Assembly (NCBI GenBank): GCA_963777605.1
Contig: CAVZRV010000035.1
Location: 160,001-224,000, forward strand
Direction: 5' to 3'
Origin: an uncultured Acidobacteriota bacterium
Lineage (GTDB): Bacteria; Acidobacteriota; UBA6911; RPQK01; JAPXNP01
DNA length: 64,000 nucleotides
Position 1 is the stretch's first letter, and each line of letters starts with the position of its first letter. Below, one piece after another: positions 10,456 to 18,959 of the stretch. The notes under the pieces were generated by a model. It saw only the letters and a program-made list of their open reading frames with translations. It ran no database searches and was not told where the DNA came from. Made by a program: the position numbers and the translations under genes.

Positions 10456-12138
10456 TCAATGTCGGTCCGGCTGGTGGGAGAGTGCGGCAATCATGTCGAG
10501 CAGGAGCGGGAGGCGGGCCTCAGTGCCGGCGGCATCCACCTCGGAAAGGGCCACATCGAGATTGACGAATGCCTGCTCAATCAGCAGGGCGTGCTCCAGG
10601 TCTTTGGCAGCTTCCGCTGTCTTACCCGGCGCAGGCTGGGACGTTCGGGCCTGATCCAGGAGGCGCCGGGCTGCTTCGAGTCTTGCCGCGTCGGCCTTTC
10701 CCAGGGCAACCCGTCGAACGGGCAGCAATTTTGCGGTCATCTCCATCTGATCTGAAATGCCGGGAGCCTTCTCGATGAGTTGTTCGGCGATTGTGATCGC
10801 TTCGCTCCAGATTTCCGGCAGAGCTGCAAAGCGGCCCAAGTAGAGTAGATCGTCAAACCCATCAACGTTGTTGAAGCGGCTCCAAAGTCTTTCTTTCAAT
10901 TTCCCAACTTCTTTTTCACGCTGGAGTCTCCAGAGACCGCTCCACCCATAGCCAGGGCCTAGACTCCTTGGACTTGCCAGCACTGGAGGGCCGCCAATGG
11001 AAATTGAGGATGAAAGATTCTGAGTTGAGATCGGGAAGGGCCATGGACTCGCGGCCGGATCGCCCACCCCACCACTCCAGGAGGGCGGCTTCACTCGATA
11101 TTCAGAGGCCATTTCTACAGAGGCAGCTTCACGTTCTCGTGTGAGTTGTCGGGAGTCTTCTATTTCAGTGACGAGGGCCTGAATCCGGGGACGGCCTTCA
11201 ACAGCTTGTTGGGTGAGATCGTGCCGGCCCCGGACATAGGATAGCGCCTCCAGAAGTTGGGAATCCCGGCCCGTAACGGCCAACCCCTTTCCGGCGACGC
11301 AGGTCGGCAGTGTCGTCTCCGGGGAAAGAGATCCGACTTTCTCTGCCAGCAACTGAAAGCCCTCGACAAAGAGCGGGCTTTGCAGTCGCGCCACGAAGTA
11401 GAGGGCTCGCCTGAAATTCACAATCGCGGCGGGAGACGCCGGTGCGGTGCGGAACTCGGCGAAGCAGTTCTGAATTTCGCCGGTCACGTCCGGTTGCAGG
11501 TTCTGTCGCACCAACTCGCGGGCGATCAAAATCTGGATCTCGAAGGTCGTTTCGAGTTTCGGAAAGAGCTGCCGCAGTGCCCGAAACTCCTGTCGTGCCC
11601 GACCGGCATCCCGAAGCGCGATGCCCCGCAGGTAACCATCGACCGCCTGGTCCACCAGGTCGCCGTGCTCCAGCGCCGGAGTCCCGTCGGGAGCCGGCGG
11701 CCAGTGGGCAAGCTTGTCATAAAGCCACTCTGCGTCCAGCGCGGGGAACTGACTGAAGAGCCGAAAGGCAAAGAGGGTCGCGCTCGCGTATTGACTTCCC
11801 GTCGAGGCACCCGCAACCTGGCGGCGGAACTGCTCTACGAGAAATCGGGCAACGGCTTCCTTGTTTTCAGGATCCAGCCTTGCCCAGTTCAGGCCGATCG
11901 CAAGAAACTCCTGTGAGGAAAACTGGTCTGCAGGAATCGCTGCAATCGTCTCGGTGGCCTTCCGCAGGACCTGCCGGGCCGAACGCAGCTCCCCGGGTGT
12001 GATACCCAGACGATCCGCCTGTTTGGCCAAGTCCCGATCGACACCCGACGGCAGTTGGAGATCGGTTGCGGGGGAGCCGAGCAGCGAAGCGCACGCAAGC
12101 AGGGACACGAACCCGAGCAACTTCTTTGTTGGAGACAT
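10456..12138 (-). CDS. Hypothetical exported, mainly alpha-helical protein
   Basis: Long ORF. ATG 12138 begins a signal-like MSPTKKLLGFVSLLACASLLG; the upstream part of the track ORF overlaps repeat DNA. Confidence 0.65.
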   Translation of the reverse strand: MSPTKKLLGFVSLLACASLLGSPATDLQLPSGVDRDLAKQADRLGITPGELRSARQVLRKATETIAAIPADQFSSQEFLAIGLNWARLDPENKEAVARFLVEQFRRQVAGASTGSQYASATLFAFRLFSQFPALDAEWLYDKLAHWPPAPDGTPALEHGDLVDQAVDGYLRGIALRDAGRARQEFRALRQLFPKLETTFEIQILIARELVRQNLQPDVTGEIQNCFAEFRTAPASPAAIVNFRRALYFVARLQSPLFVEGFQLLAEKVGSLSPETTLPTCVAGKGLAVTGRDSQLLEALSYVRGRHDLTQQAVEGRPRIQALVTEIEDSRQLTREREAASVEMASEYRVKPPSWSGGVGDPAASPWPFPISTQNLSSSISIGGPPVLASPRSLGPGYGWSGLWRLQREKEVGKLKERLWSRFNNVDGFDDLLYLGRFAALPEIWSEAITIAEQLIEKAPGISDQMEMTAKLLPVRRVALGKADAARLEAARRLLDQARTSQPAPGKTAEAAKDLEHALLIEQAFVNLDVALSEVDAAGTEARLPLLLDMIAALSHQPDRH

Positions 12139-12187
12139 ATTCTGTCGCTCCTCCGGATATCCTAGCAGATGCAAAATCTGCACGAAA

Positions 12188-12254
12188 GGTTCAGCGCCCT
12201 GCCTCCACGCCAGCGCGGCGCTTCCGCGAATGGAGACCACTCCCAGGGTGAAAC
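12188..12254 (+). repeat. Long (67-bp) variant of the GKTTCA...GTGAAAC element
   Basis: GGTTCAG...CTCCA(...)TGGAG-ACCACTCCCAGGGTGAAAC. Confidence 0.6.
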
Positions 12255-12321
12255 CGGGCCTGGCCAACCCGGGGGCGCGGCTTCGCCTTACCCCCGGCTC
12301 TGTGTCTGGCGCCAACCGGAG

Positions 12322-12373
12322 GTTTCAAGTCGACGCCCCCCGCGCCCTGCGCGGATCATTCAGAGGGTGAAAC
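12322..12373 (+). repeat. 52-bp GKTTCA...GTGAAAC element
   Basis: GTTTCAAGTCGACGCCCC-CCGCGCCCTGCGCGG-ATCATTCAGAGGGTGAAAC. Confidence 0.7.
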
Positions 12374-12550
12374 TGGTGGAGCATCTCCAGATGAGCGCGC
12401 CGACGCAGGGTCATTTTCAGCCCGGCGGAAACGCCCCGGGAATGGGATCCGGGGCGTCAATGCCGCACTGAAAGTGCGATTCAGTCCCGGTGGCGGACTG
12501 TTTCAGAACCAACCCGAAATCAAGAATCCTGGATTGAGAATGTTCACTTC

Positions 12551-12603
12551 CGCCGGGCAAGCTGCCCGGCCGCCATACCAGGCAGGGCCTGCCTGGATTA
12601 CTC
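12551..12603. repeat. Double-hairpin REP-like element (homologous to 14374-14426)
   Basis: CGCCGGGCAAGCTGCCCGG...CCAGGCAGGGCCTGCCTGGATTACTC. Confidence 0.6.
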
Positions 12604-12644
12604 TCCCTCCAGGAACGAGGAACCAGGAACCCATCCCAAAGGTG

Positions 12645-12696
12645 GTTTCAGGTCAGCCGGGCCCCCGGCGGCGCCGGACCATTCAAAGAGTGAAAC
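12645..12696 (+). repeat. 52-bp GKTTCA...GTGAAAC element
   Basis: GTTTCAGGTCAGCCGGGCCC-CCGGCGGCGCCGG-ACCATTCAAAGAGTGAAAC. Confidence 0.7.
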
Positions 12697-12855
12697 TTGC
12701 CAAGTCCCAGCCGACCATCGCGATTCCCCCGCATTCAGTACGCGGGAGAGCGCGTGTCCGGAGGTTGATCCAATCCATCGAAGGATGCAGTTTGAAGCTA
12801 GCGGCGACGGAAGCTTTCGCTTCCTGAACTTGGCTGAGACGTTCCGGGTTGGGCA

Positions 12856-13183
12856 AAAGCGGAAGCTGCCGCTTCGCGCACTCCACATTGGGGGAGGCGC
12901 CCAAATTCAGGCTGGTGGGTGAGGAGAAGGCCGGAAGGGGATGCGAACCTCAGTGTCGAACGGCTGGTCCGGGATGCGATCTGCTCGTTGCCCTCGGCGA
13001 CGGTCCGTACACTTCCCTCTCTCATTTCGAAAATTCCGTGGGTGCTTGAGACCATGCAGGTTCCACTCCGAAGTGATCCTTCGAAGTCTGTGCCACGCTG
13101 AACCATGAACGCAAGAATTTTCTCCCGAGTTCGCCAGTACTGCAGAATTGATATGGAGTGCGCGAAGCGACAGCTTCCGCTTT
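12856..13183. repeat. Pair of 30-bp inverted REP-like repeats (29/30 identical) flanking 268 bp
   Basis: AAAGCGGAAGCTGCCGCTTCGCGCACTCCA (12856-12885) and TGGAGTGCGCGAAGCGACAGCTTCCGCTTT (13154-13183). Confidence 0.8.
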
Positions 13184-13303
13184 AAACCCCGGCAGGTCGG
13201 GGGCAATGCCGGCGAGTCCGGTTCCGCAGCCCAAGCAACGCGATGGTCAGCGTTGCCCGTGCGGCGCCGGAATACTCACAGAGTGAGGCTTAGCCTTGTC
13301 GGG

Positions 13304-13418
13304 TTGAACCGACGCAAAGGCGCTAAAGAATCTCTTGCTTTCAACAATAACGCCCTTGGCTTCCTTGGCGTCTTCGCGGTGAAATTCAACGTCTCCCAAT
13401 TTGAAGTTTCGGGTCAGC
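13304..13418 (+). repeat. Imperfect palindromic module plus left half of the GKTTCA element (homologous to 18797-18900)
   Basis: TTGAACCGACGCAAAGGCGCTAAAG...CTTCGCGGTGAAA...TTGAAGTTTCGGGTCAGC. Confidence 0.65.
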
Positions 13419-14169
13419 GAGCCTCCCCCTCGACCACGGCTTCCGGGAACCGTCCCTCGACGCCACGGCGGAGACGATCGAGCAGGAGCAGCATCTCGAG
13501 CAGGTCGGTGGTCGCCAGTGACAAGCTGTCGTGGATGGTTACCCAGCCGTCGATGGAACGCTGAATTGCTTGCAGGGCCATCCCGGCTGAGCGCGCTGCG
13601 TCCTCCTTTGCGAAGGGTTCATCGGCTTCCTCAGCCCTCCCCCTGGACGAGACTGCCCGTGAAAGCTTTCCGAAGATCAGGTAGCGATAATGCAGAATCG
13701 ATTCGAGGGCTTCGGTGCAGCCCTCGATGGTCTCTTTGCCTATGCCCTTCTCAGGAGCAATGCCCAGTTCGACCTTCTTCATGACCCCGGCTGCAGCGGC
13801 CGCGAGAGCGTCCTGCACGAGGTTGATCGGATGGCAGCAATCGCTAACGTATTTTCGAGCCTGCTGGACCAGATCGTCATTCAAGAGCTCCGGGACGGCG
13901 CACTCGCTCCCGGAATCGTCTTCGCAGATTTCTTCCCGATCCAACCCTTGCGCCCTCATGGCCTCCGCAAGCAGATCAGCGGTCGTGTCGAGACAACCGG
14001 AGATCGAAGCGAAGGGATCTTCGTCCGAAAACTCCATTTCCTGGTCGATCGCGAACTGGAGACAGTTCTCCTGGTGCGGGCAACGTGCACACCGCCGGTC
14101 GCAGTAGTTGTAGATCCCCGGGATGTGCCCGGGAGTCGCCGCCAGTTCAAGTAGTCGCTTCGCATCCAT
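13414..14169 (-). CDS. Conserved hypothetical protein with N-terminal Cys cluster (putative metal binding)
   Basis: GIYNYCDRRCARCPHQENC motif followed by a helical body and C-terminal RFPEA. Confidence 0.75.
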   Translation of the reverse strand: MDAKRLLELAATPGHIPGIYNYCDRRCARCPHQENCLQFAIDQEMEFSDEDPFASISGCLDTTADLLAEAMRAQGLDREEICEDDSGSECAVPELLNDDLVQQARKYVSDCCHPINLVQDALAAAAAGVMKKVELGIAPEKGIGKETIEGCTEALESILHYRYLIFGKLSRAVSSRGRAEEADEPFAKEDAARSAGMALQAIQRSIDGWVTIHDSLSLATTDLLEMLLLLDRLRRGVEGRFPEAVVEGEAR

Positions 14170-14309
14170 CGTCTGTATTCCTTCCGTTTCGCTGCGGATT
14201 CAGCCTGGGGACCGCTCACCCCGATGCCCGACAAGTCGTGAATCCATTGGTTTGTTCCGTTCACAAACCAATAACGTTCGACCCGCGGAAAATGACGGCA
14301 AAATAATCC

Positions 14310-14426
14310 AGGCTGCCAGCCTGACAGGTCGAACGGGCCGCCGGCCCGTTCGGGGAGGTGCTGTGCTTGCGGGCGCCGGGCAGGGCTGCCCGACGGACAG
14401 TCCTGGCAGGGCTGCCAGGACTACTC
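14310..14426. repeat. Cluster of REP-like hairpins including a GTAG-type REP
   Basis: CGAACGGGCC-GCC-GGCCCGTTCG, CGGGCAGGGCTGCCCG, and GTCCTGGCA-GGGC-TGCCAGGAC-TAC (GTAG on the minus strand). Confidence 0.6.
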
Positions 14427-14478
14427 TGCAGAGATCCACACATTTCCTGACCCCAGCCGCCATGGCGGGCTCGTGAAC

Positions 14479-16035
14479 TCACAGACCCACGGTGGGGCGG
14501 AGGGTCAGGGTGCCGTCCGATTCCGTCTTCTGATGGCAGGCCCAGGTCACGGGATGGCGAACGCCTTTGACTTCCAATTCGCCTTTGAGTCTCAGTCCCT
14601 TCCAGGCTGTCCCTTTCGGCAACAGGAACATGGCCTGCCGGACTCCGCGGATGTGGGGATACCCCGGGTCCAGGTAGCCGCCGGCCAGTTCGCTGCCGCT
14701 GGACCCCAGGATCGACACCCTGAGCGTGCCCGGAACACTGGCAATGCCGTCGTTGACGAAACCGACAACCAGGCCGGGATAGCCTTCCTTCTCGAATGAC
14801 CAGATCCACGATGGCCTGACCCGATATCCGATGGACCGGGCAATTCGGTCAATGGGAGCAGGAAACTGCTCGTAGTAGCTCAGGATGTTGCGGGCCCCAA
14901 TATTGTGCCAGTTCCACAGCGACCAGTAATTGGCTCCCAGGTCGATCACGTGGGCGATGATGTTCTCGGTGTAGGTGACCCCCGCGTCAATTCGCAGTCT
15001 CGCAGGATCGCCGGTGGTCATGCCAACTTCGCTGACCGCCGCGGTCCACGGAGGACGGTTGGCAAGCGACTCGATCTGGGAATTTTCGATGAAGATCGTG
15101 TCGGTCCTGAGCCACTCATTTCCCCGCACGGTCCGATCGACCAGCTCCGAGTTCCCCACCCGGCTGAAATCGGGCTGGGTGTTGGTCACGAGCGGGGTTC
15201 GCCGCATGTACTCGCGCTGTACGTCGAACATCCTGACGAAGGTCTCCTCGGCGATTCGGTCGTCGGGAAAAGGGTGTCCATCAAAAGGCCAGGTGTGACC
15301 TTCGCCCCAGAAACCGTACATGAACGTGTCCATGTATTCGACCAGGTCGTTGCCGTCCAGTTCGTCGGCCAGGAGTTCGTTCAGTTCCCGAAAGGCCGCC
15401 TGGTAGGCCGGGTCGTCGTATCGCGGCAGACGGTGTTCCTTGCGGTATCGGACTCGACTGGAATCGCCGGTCCAACTGCCCTGAAGCTTGACGTAGGGGA
15501 TGCGGTCCGCCAGAAAGTCCGGGACTCCCAACTCGGGGATGTCCGGGTTCTCCAGCATGATCCTGAAACCAACTCGTTTTCCGTACCGACGAGCCAGGTC
15601 AAAGGTGATCTTCCAGTATTCCGGGAAATCGAGCCTGCCCGCGCGGCTTTGAATTTCTCTCCAGTTCGGACGGAGGTAAATCTTCTGGGCGAACGGCAGC
15701 TTGACGAGATCCTCGATCGACTTCTCCAGCGACTCGCCCTCGATTCGGGGAGGCCCGATGTCGCCCGACACGTAGACGACCAATCCCATGCCGAAATTGG
15801 GAACGATCTCGGACGACGGGGTCGTCGCCATCACGACTTCACTTCCGGGAAGAAACTCCTCAGGTGCATACTGCGGGAACGGTCCCTGGTACAGGCGAGG
15901 TTCCTTCACAGGCCCGTTCCCGAAGTTGTAGCCATCCCAGTTGTGGGCCGGGATTCGCGCTTGCGCCGTTCTCACGCTCACCGCTCCGGGAAGAGCAGCA
16001 GCACCCAGAGATCCCAAAAACGCCCGCCGTTTCAT
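14479..16035 (-). CDS. Tat-exported putative glycoside hydrolase-like protein (clan-A/DUF4832-like)
   Basis: MKRRAFLG Tat signal; YLRPNW, P-Y-DDP-Y, YGFWGEGH and IGYRVRP...NDGIA motifs. Confidence 0.7.
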   Translation of the reverse strand: MKRRAFLGSLGAAALPGAVSVRTAQARIPAHNWDGYNFGNGPVKEPRLYQGPFPQYAPEEFLPGSEVVMATTPSSEIVPNFGMGLVVYVSGDIGPPRIEGESLEKSIEDLVKLPFAQKIYLRPNWREIQSRAGRLDFPEYWKITFDLARRYGKRVGFRIMLENPDIPELGVPDFLADRIPYVKLQGSWTGDSSRVRYRKEHRLPRYDDPAYQAAFRELNELLADELDGNDLVEYMDTFMYGFWGEGHTWPFDGHPFPDDRIAEETFVRMFDVQREYMRRTPLVTNTQPDFSRVGNSELVDRTVRGNEWLRTDTIFIENSQIESLANRPPWTAAVSEVGMTTGDPARLRIDAGVTYTENIIAHVIDLGANYWSLWNWHNIGARNILSYYEQFPAPIDRIARSIGYRVRPSWIWSFEKEGYPGLVVGFVNDGIASVPGTLRVSILGSSGSELAGGYLDPGYPHIRGVRQAMFLLPKGTAWKGLRLKGELEVKGVRHPVTWACHQKTESDGTLTLRPTVGL

Positions 16036-16268
16036 TGCGTCACCCTCTTGTGTCAGTTGCCGGGAACCGGCGCTCTACTAGAACCGGCCGGGAACAACTC
16101 CGGAATTGGATCGGAGTCGATCACAGTTGCCGGAAACTTCAGCGTCCCTTTCCATCAGAGTATGACGGCTCCTCCGGGAGAAGTCACCCGATCCCGGTGC
16201 TATAGTGATGCCGTGAATCGCTCCCATCGACTGAGGACCGGGCGTGATTCGCAGGGGGATGCAGTGGA

Positions 16269-17069
16269 ATGGCCTTCACGGGAAATCGTGTCGTCATTGT
16301 GACCGGAGCCGGCAACGGTATCGGTTTTCACCTCACCCGGGCTCTCCTGGACCGGCCCTTCCTGGTCGCCGGACTGGACCGAGCCACCCACCGCCTTCAC
16401 GAACTCGCCGCAACCTGCACGGATAACCTCGAGGTGTGCGAGTGCGACGTCACGGACGAGTCCCAGGTGGAAGCGGCCGTCGAAGCGGTGATCGAGCGGT
16501 GGAGCCGGATCGACGTCCTGGTCAACAACGCCTGCCTCGCGGTTTTCGAGCCTTTCGATCGTGAGGACCGAATGGGCAGTATCCGTCGGGAATTCGAGGT
16601 CAACTTCTTCGGCTACCTGAACCTGATCCGCGCGGTTCTTCCCCGGATGAAGTCTCAAGAAGGAGGAGTTATCCACAACGTCAGTTCCGGGGTGGGCATG
16701 ACCGGATTCCCCGGCCTCTCCGGCTACACCTCCACAAAGGGAGCCGTCGAGGCATTGACCCGAACGTTGGCTTTCGAGCTCGAAGCCTTTGGAATCACCG
16801 TCAACCTGATTCACCCGCCCTTGACGGACACGGCTTCTGCCTCGCCGCTGGGGATCCCGAAGCAGATGATGAGCGATCCGGCCCGGGTGGGACGGGATCT
16901 GGCAGCAAAGATTGGAACCCGCGATCCCATCATCACTCCGGACTGGAAGACAGGTTTCGGGCTCTTTATCAACCGGCATTTCCCGGGATTGGTCGGCAAC
17001 CTGATGGTGCGGCAGACGAGACGGGTGCAGTCATCGTCCCGTCCCACCGCAGGAAAGAAGGAGGGCTGA
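16269..17069 (+). CDS. Short-chain dehydrogenase/reductase
   Basis: TGAGNGIG, VNNA, NVSS and YTSTK motifs. Confidence 0.9.
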   Translation: MAFTGNRVVIVTGAGNGIGFHLTRALLDRPFLVAGLDRATHRLHELAATCTDNLEVCECDVTDESQVEAAVEAVIERWSRIDVLVNNACLAVFEPFDREDRMGSIRREFEVNFFGYLNLIRAVLPRMKSQEGGVIHNVSSGVGMTGFPGLSGYTSTKGAVEALTRTLAFELEAFGITVNLIHPPLTDTASASPLGIPKQMMSDPARVGRDLAAKIGTRDPIITPDWKTGFGLFINRHFPGLVGNLMVRQTRRVQSSSRPTAGKKEG

Positions 17070-17073
17070 GGAA

Positions 17074-17664
17074 ATGGACGCGCGACGGCAAGGGGCTGAG
17101 GGAGCCAATTGCAAGGGGAAGATGCTCGATCGGAGAAGGCTCTGTCAGGTTGCCTGTGGCGGTACGGTGTTCGCGTGGGGAGGGGCCTCCCTTTTGGGCC
17201 AGGAGGGCAAGTCGTGGTTGACTGCGGAGGACCGGGTTGCAGTTGCACGAATGCACTTTCGGATGGGGTTTCACTGTGCCCAATCGATCCTCGCAGCCTA
17301 CGCCGAAGACTTCGGAATCGATCCGGACACGGCCCTCAAACTATCTGCGGGACTCGCGGGAGGATCGACCGCCGGAGGGGAGTGCGGGACAGTCGGTGCC
17401 GCTTACCTGATCCTCGGGTTGCGCCACGGTCGAACGTTACCCGCCTTTGGAGACGTGGAAAAAGAGGCGGAACTGTTCGACCGGATCAAGGATTTTCTCA
17501 AGGAATTCGCTGCCCGACACGGGGCAATCACCTGCCGGGACCTGCTGGGCATCGATGTTTTTACCCGGGAAGGGAGAGAAGAAGGACTGCGCCGTAACCT
17601 GTTCGCGGAACGCTGCCCCCGCTTCATTCAGTCTTCCGTTGAAATTCTGGAGGAATTGGCCTGA
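17074..17664 (+). CDS. C-GCAxxG-C-C family putative redox protein with twin-arginine leader (alternative start 17122)
   Basis: FHCAQS, GGECGTVGA, ITCRDL and ERC cysteine pattern; N-terminal LDRRRL plus hydrophobic stretch. Confidence 0.8.
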   Translation: MDARRQGAEGANCKGKMLDRRRLCQVACGGTVFAWGGASLLGQEGKSWLTAEDRVAVARMHFRMGFHCAQSILAAYAEDFGIDPDTALKLSAGLAGGSTAGGECGTVGAAYLILGLRHGRTLPAFGDVEKEAELFDRIKDFLKEFAARHGAITCRDLLGIDVFTREGREEGLRRNLFAERCPRFIQSSVEILEELA

Positions 17665-17682
17665 CCTCGAACGGCTGGGAGA

Positions 17683-18747
17683 TCAGATTTCGAGGGCTTT
17701 GAGGAACTCTTTAGCGACCTTGTTTTGCTCGTACTCCTCTACTCTCTGCAAGGCCCCGGCAGAAAAGAAGCGCCGAAGTTCCGCATCACCCAACATCCGG
17801 GCAAGCAAGCGGCTCAACTCTCCAGGGTCACCGGGCCGGAACAACAGTCCGACTTGATTCTCTTTCACGACTTCCGGAGTTGCGCCCGCCCGGGCTGCCA
17901 CGATCGGCAGGCCCGCCGCCATCGCCTCGAGGAAGACGATTCCAAAGCCTTCCTGCAGGCTCGGCAAGCAGAACAAATCGGCTTCAAAATAGTGACGCAT
18001 CAACTGGATACGATCTCGGACCGCCCCGAGAAATCTCAGGTTGGGCCCCAGGCCGAGGTCATCCGCCAGTCTCCGGAGGCTGTCCAGCCGGGGGCCGATT
18101 CCCACGATTCGAACCTGCACATCGGGGATCCGTTGCCGCAAAAGGAAGAGGGCCTTAAGCAGTGTAACGGTGTCCTTGCGACGATACTGGTGGGCAACGC
18201 TGAGTATCGTCGGCCGGGGATCTGATCGCAAGAGAACCTGACATCTCATCTCCCTCCAGACGGACAGGTCAATACACTCCGGGACGATCGCCAGCTGCTC
18301 CCGCTTCAAGCCGTAAGCCCGTTCCGCGGTCCCGGCACAGTACCGGCTGGTTACCAGCGCGCGCCGGGCATTGCGGGCATTGGTCATTTCCAGGCTCGCC
18401 TGGAACCTCAGCTTCAGCCTTTTCGCCGGCGCTTCAAAACGGGCCTCGTCTGCGGAGACTCCCTTCAGTGCCAGGAAATAGCTCCCGGTTCCTGCCCGGG
18501 AAAGAGCGCACCCGTCGATGTCGAAGCCAAGAAGGGCGTCGAACTGGGATCTCCGCAACCGGGGAACGGTTCGGAGGTTAGCGCAGAGGCGATCGACAAG
18601 CCTGGCACTCGCTCCACTCCGGCTTGTGAACGGAAACACCCGGTGCCCCAGAGACTCGAGCCCGAGCTGCAATTGCTGAATGGCTACAGCCGTGCCGGAT
18701 CCCCGGACCGGGTCCGTGGTCCAGGTGTTAACGAACGCAATCTTCAT
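17683..18747 (-). CDS. Glycosyltransferase family 4
   Basis: MKIAF start; PSLQEGFGIVFLEAMAAGLP (EX7E) motif. Confidence 0.9.
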   Translation of the reverse strand: MKIAFVNTWTTDPVRGSGTAVAIQQLQLGLESLGHRVFPFTSRSGASARLVDRLCANLRTVPRLRRSQFDALLGFDIDGCALSRAGTGSYFLALKGVSADEARFEAPAKRLKLRFQASLEMTNARNARRALVTSRYCAGTAERAYGLKREQLAIVPECIDLSVWREMRCQVLLRSDPRPTILSVAHQYRRKDTVTLLKALFLLRQRIPDVQVRIVGIGPRLDSLRRLADDLGLGPNLRFLGAVRDRIQLMRHYFEADLFCLPSLQEGFGIVFLEAMAAGLPIVAARAGATPEVVKENQVGLLFRPGDPGELSRLLARMLGDAELRRFFSAGALQRVEEYEQNKVAKEFLKALEI

Positions 18748-18796
18748 GGAACCACCCATGCGGATCACTCAAAGAGGGAAAATTGCCACGGCTCTA

Positions 18797-18940
18797 TTGA
18801 ACCGCGCCAAGGCGCGAAGCCTTTCTTTGTTTTGGACCAAGAGAGCCCTGGTGATCTTTGCGGTGAAAATCGAAGCCTCCAGATTGAAGGTTCAGGTGAG
18901 CCGCTCCCTCCGCGCGCGGAGACCATGCAGCGAGTGAAAC
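18797..18940 (+). repeat. Palindromic module followed by a 52-bp GKTTCA...GTGAAAC element (18889-18940)
   Basis: TTGAACCGCGCCAAGGCGCGAAG...CTTTGCGGTGAAA..., then GGTTCAGGTGAGCCGCTCC-CTCCGCGCGCGGAG-ACCATGCAGCGAGTGAAAC. Confidence 0.7.
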
Positions 18941-18959
18941 TGAGCCGGGCGCCTTGGTT

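Noticed and set aside
12188-12696. GTTTCA...TGAAAC ends resemble CRISPR repeat termini
   Set aside because: Units are 52-67 bp with variable interiors, spacers are irregular (67-709 bp), and there are no cas genes.
12322-12696. Canonical integron attC sites
   Set aside because: No RYYYAAC...GTTRRRY arrangement, no ORF cassettes between the sites and no intI in the window; kept only as an analogy.
14905-16302. Long antisense ORFs (also 29655-31043, 30886-31935, 40212-41570, 52171-53085, 60375-61388)
   Set aside because: They are shadows of well-supported opposite-strand genes in GC-rich DNA and have no recognisable motifs.
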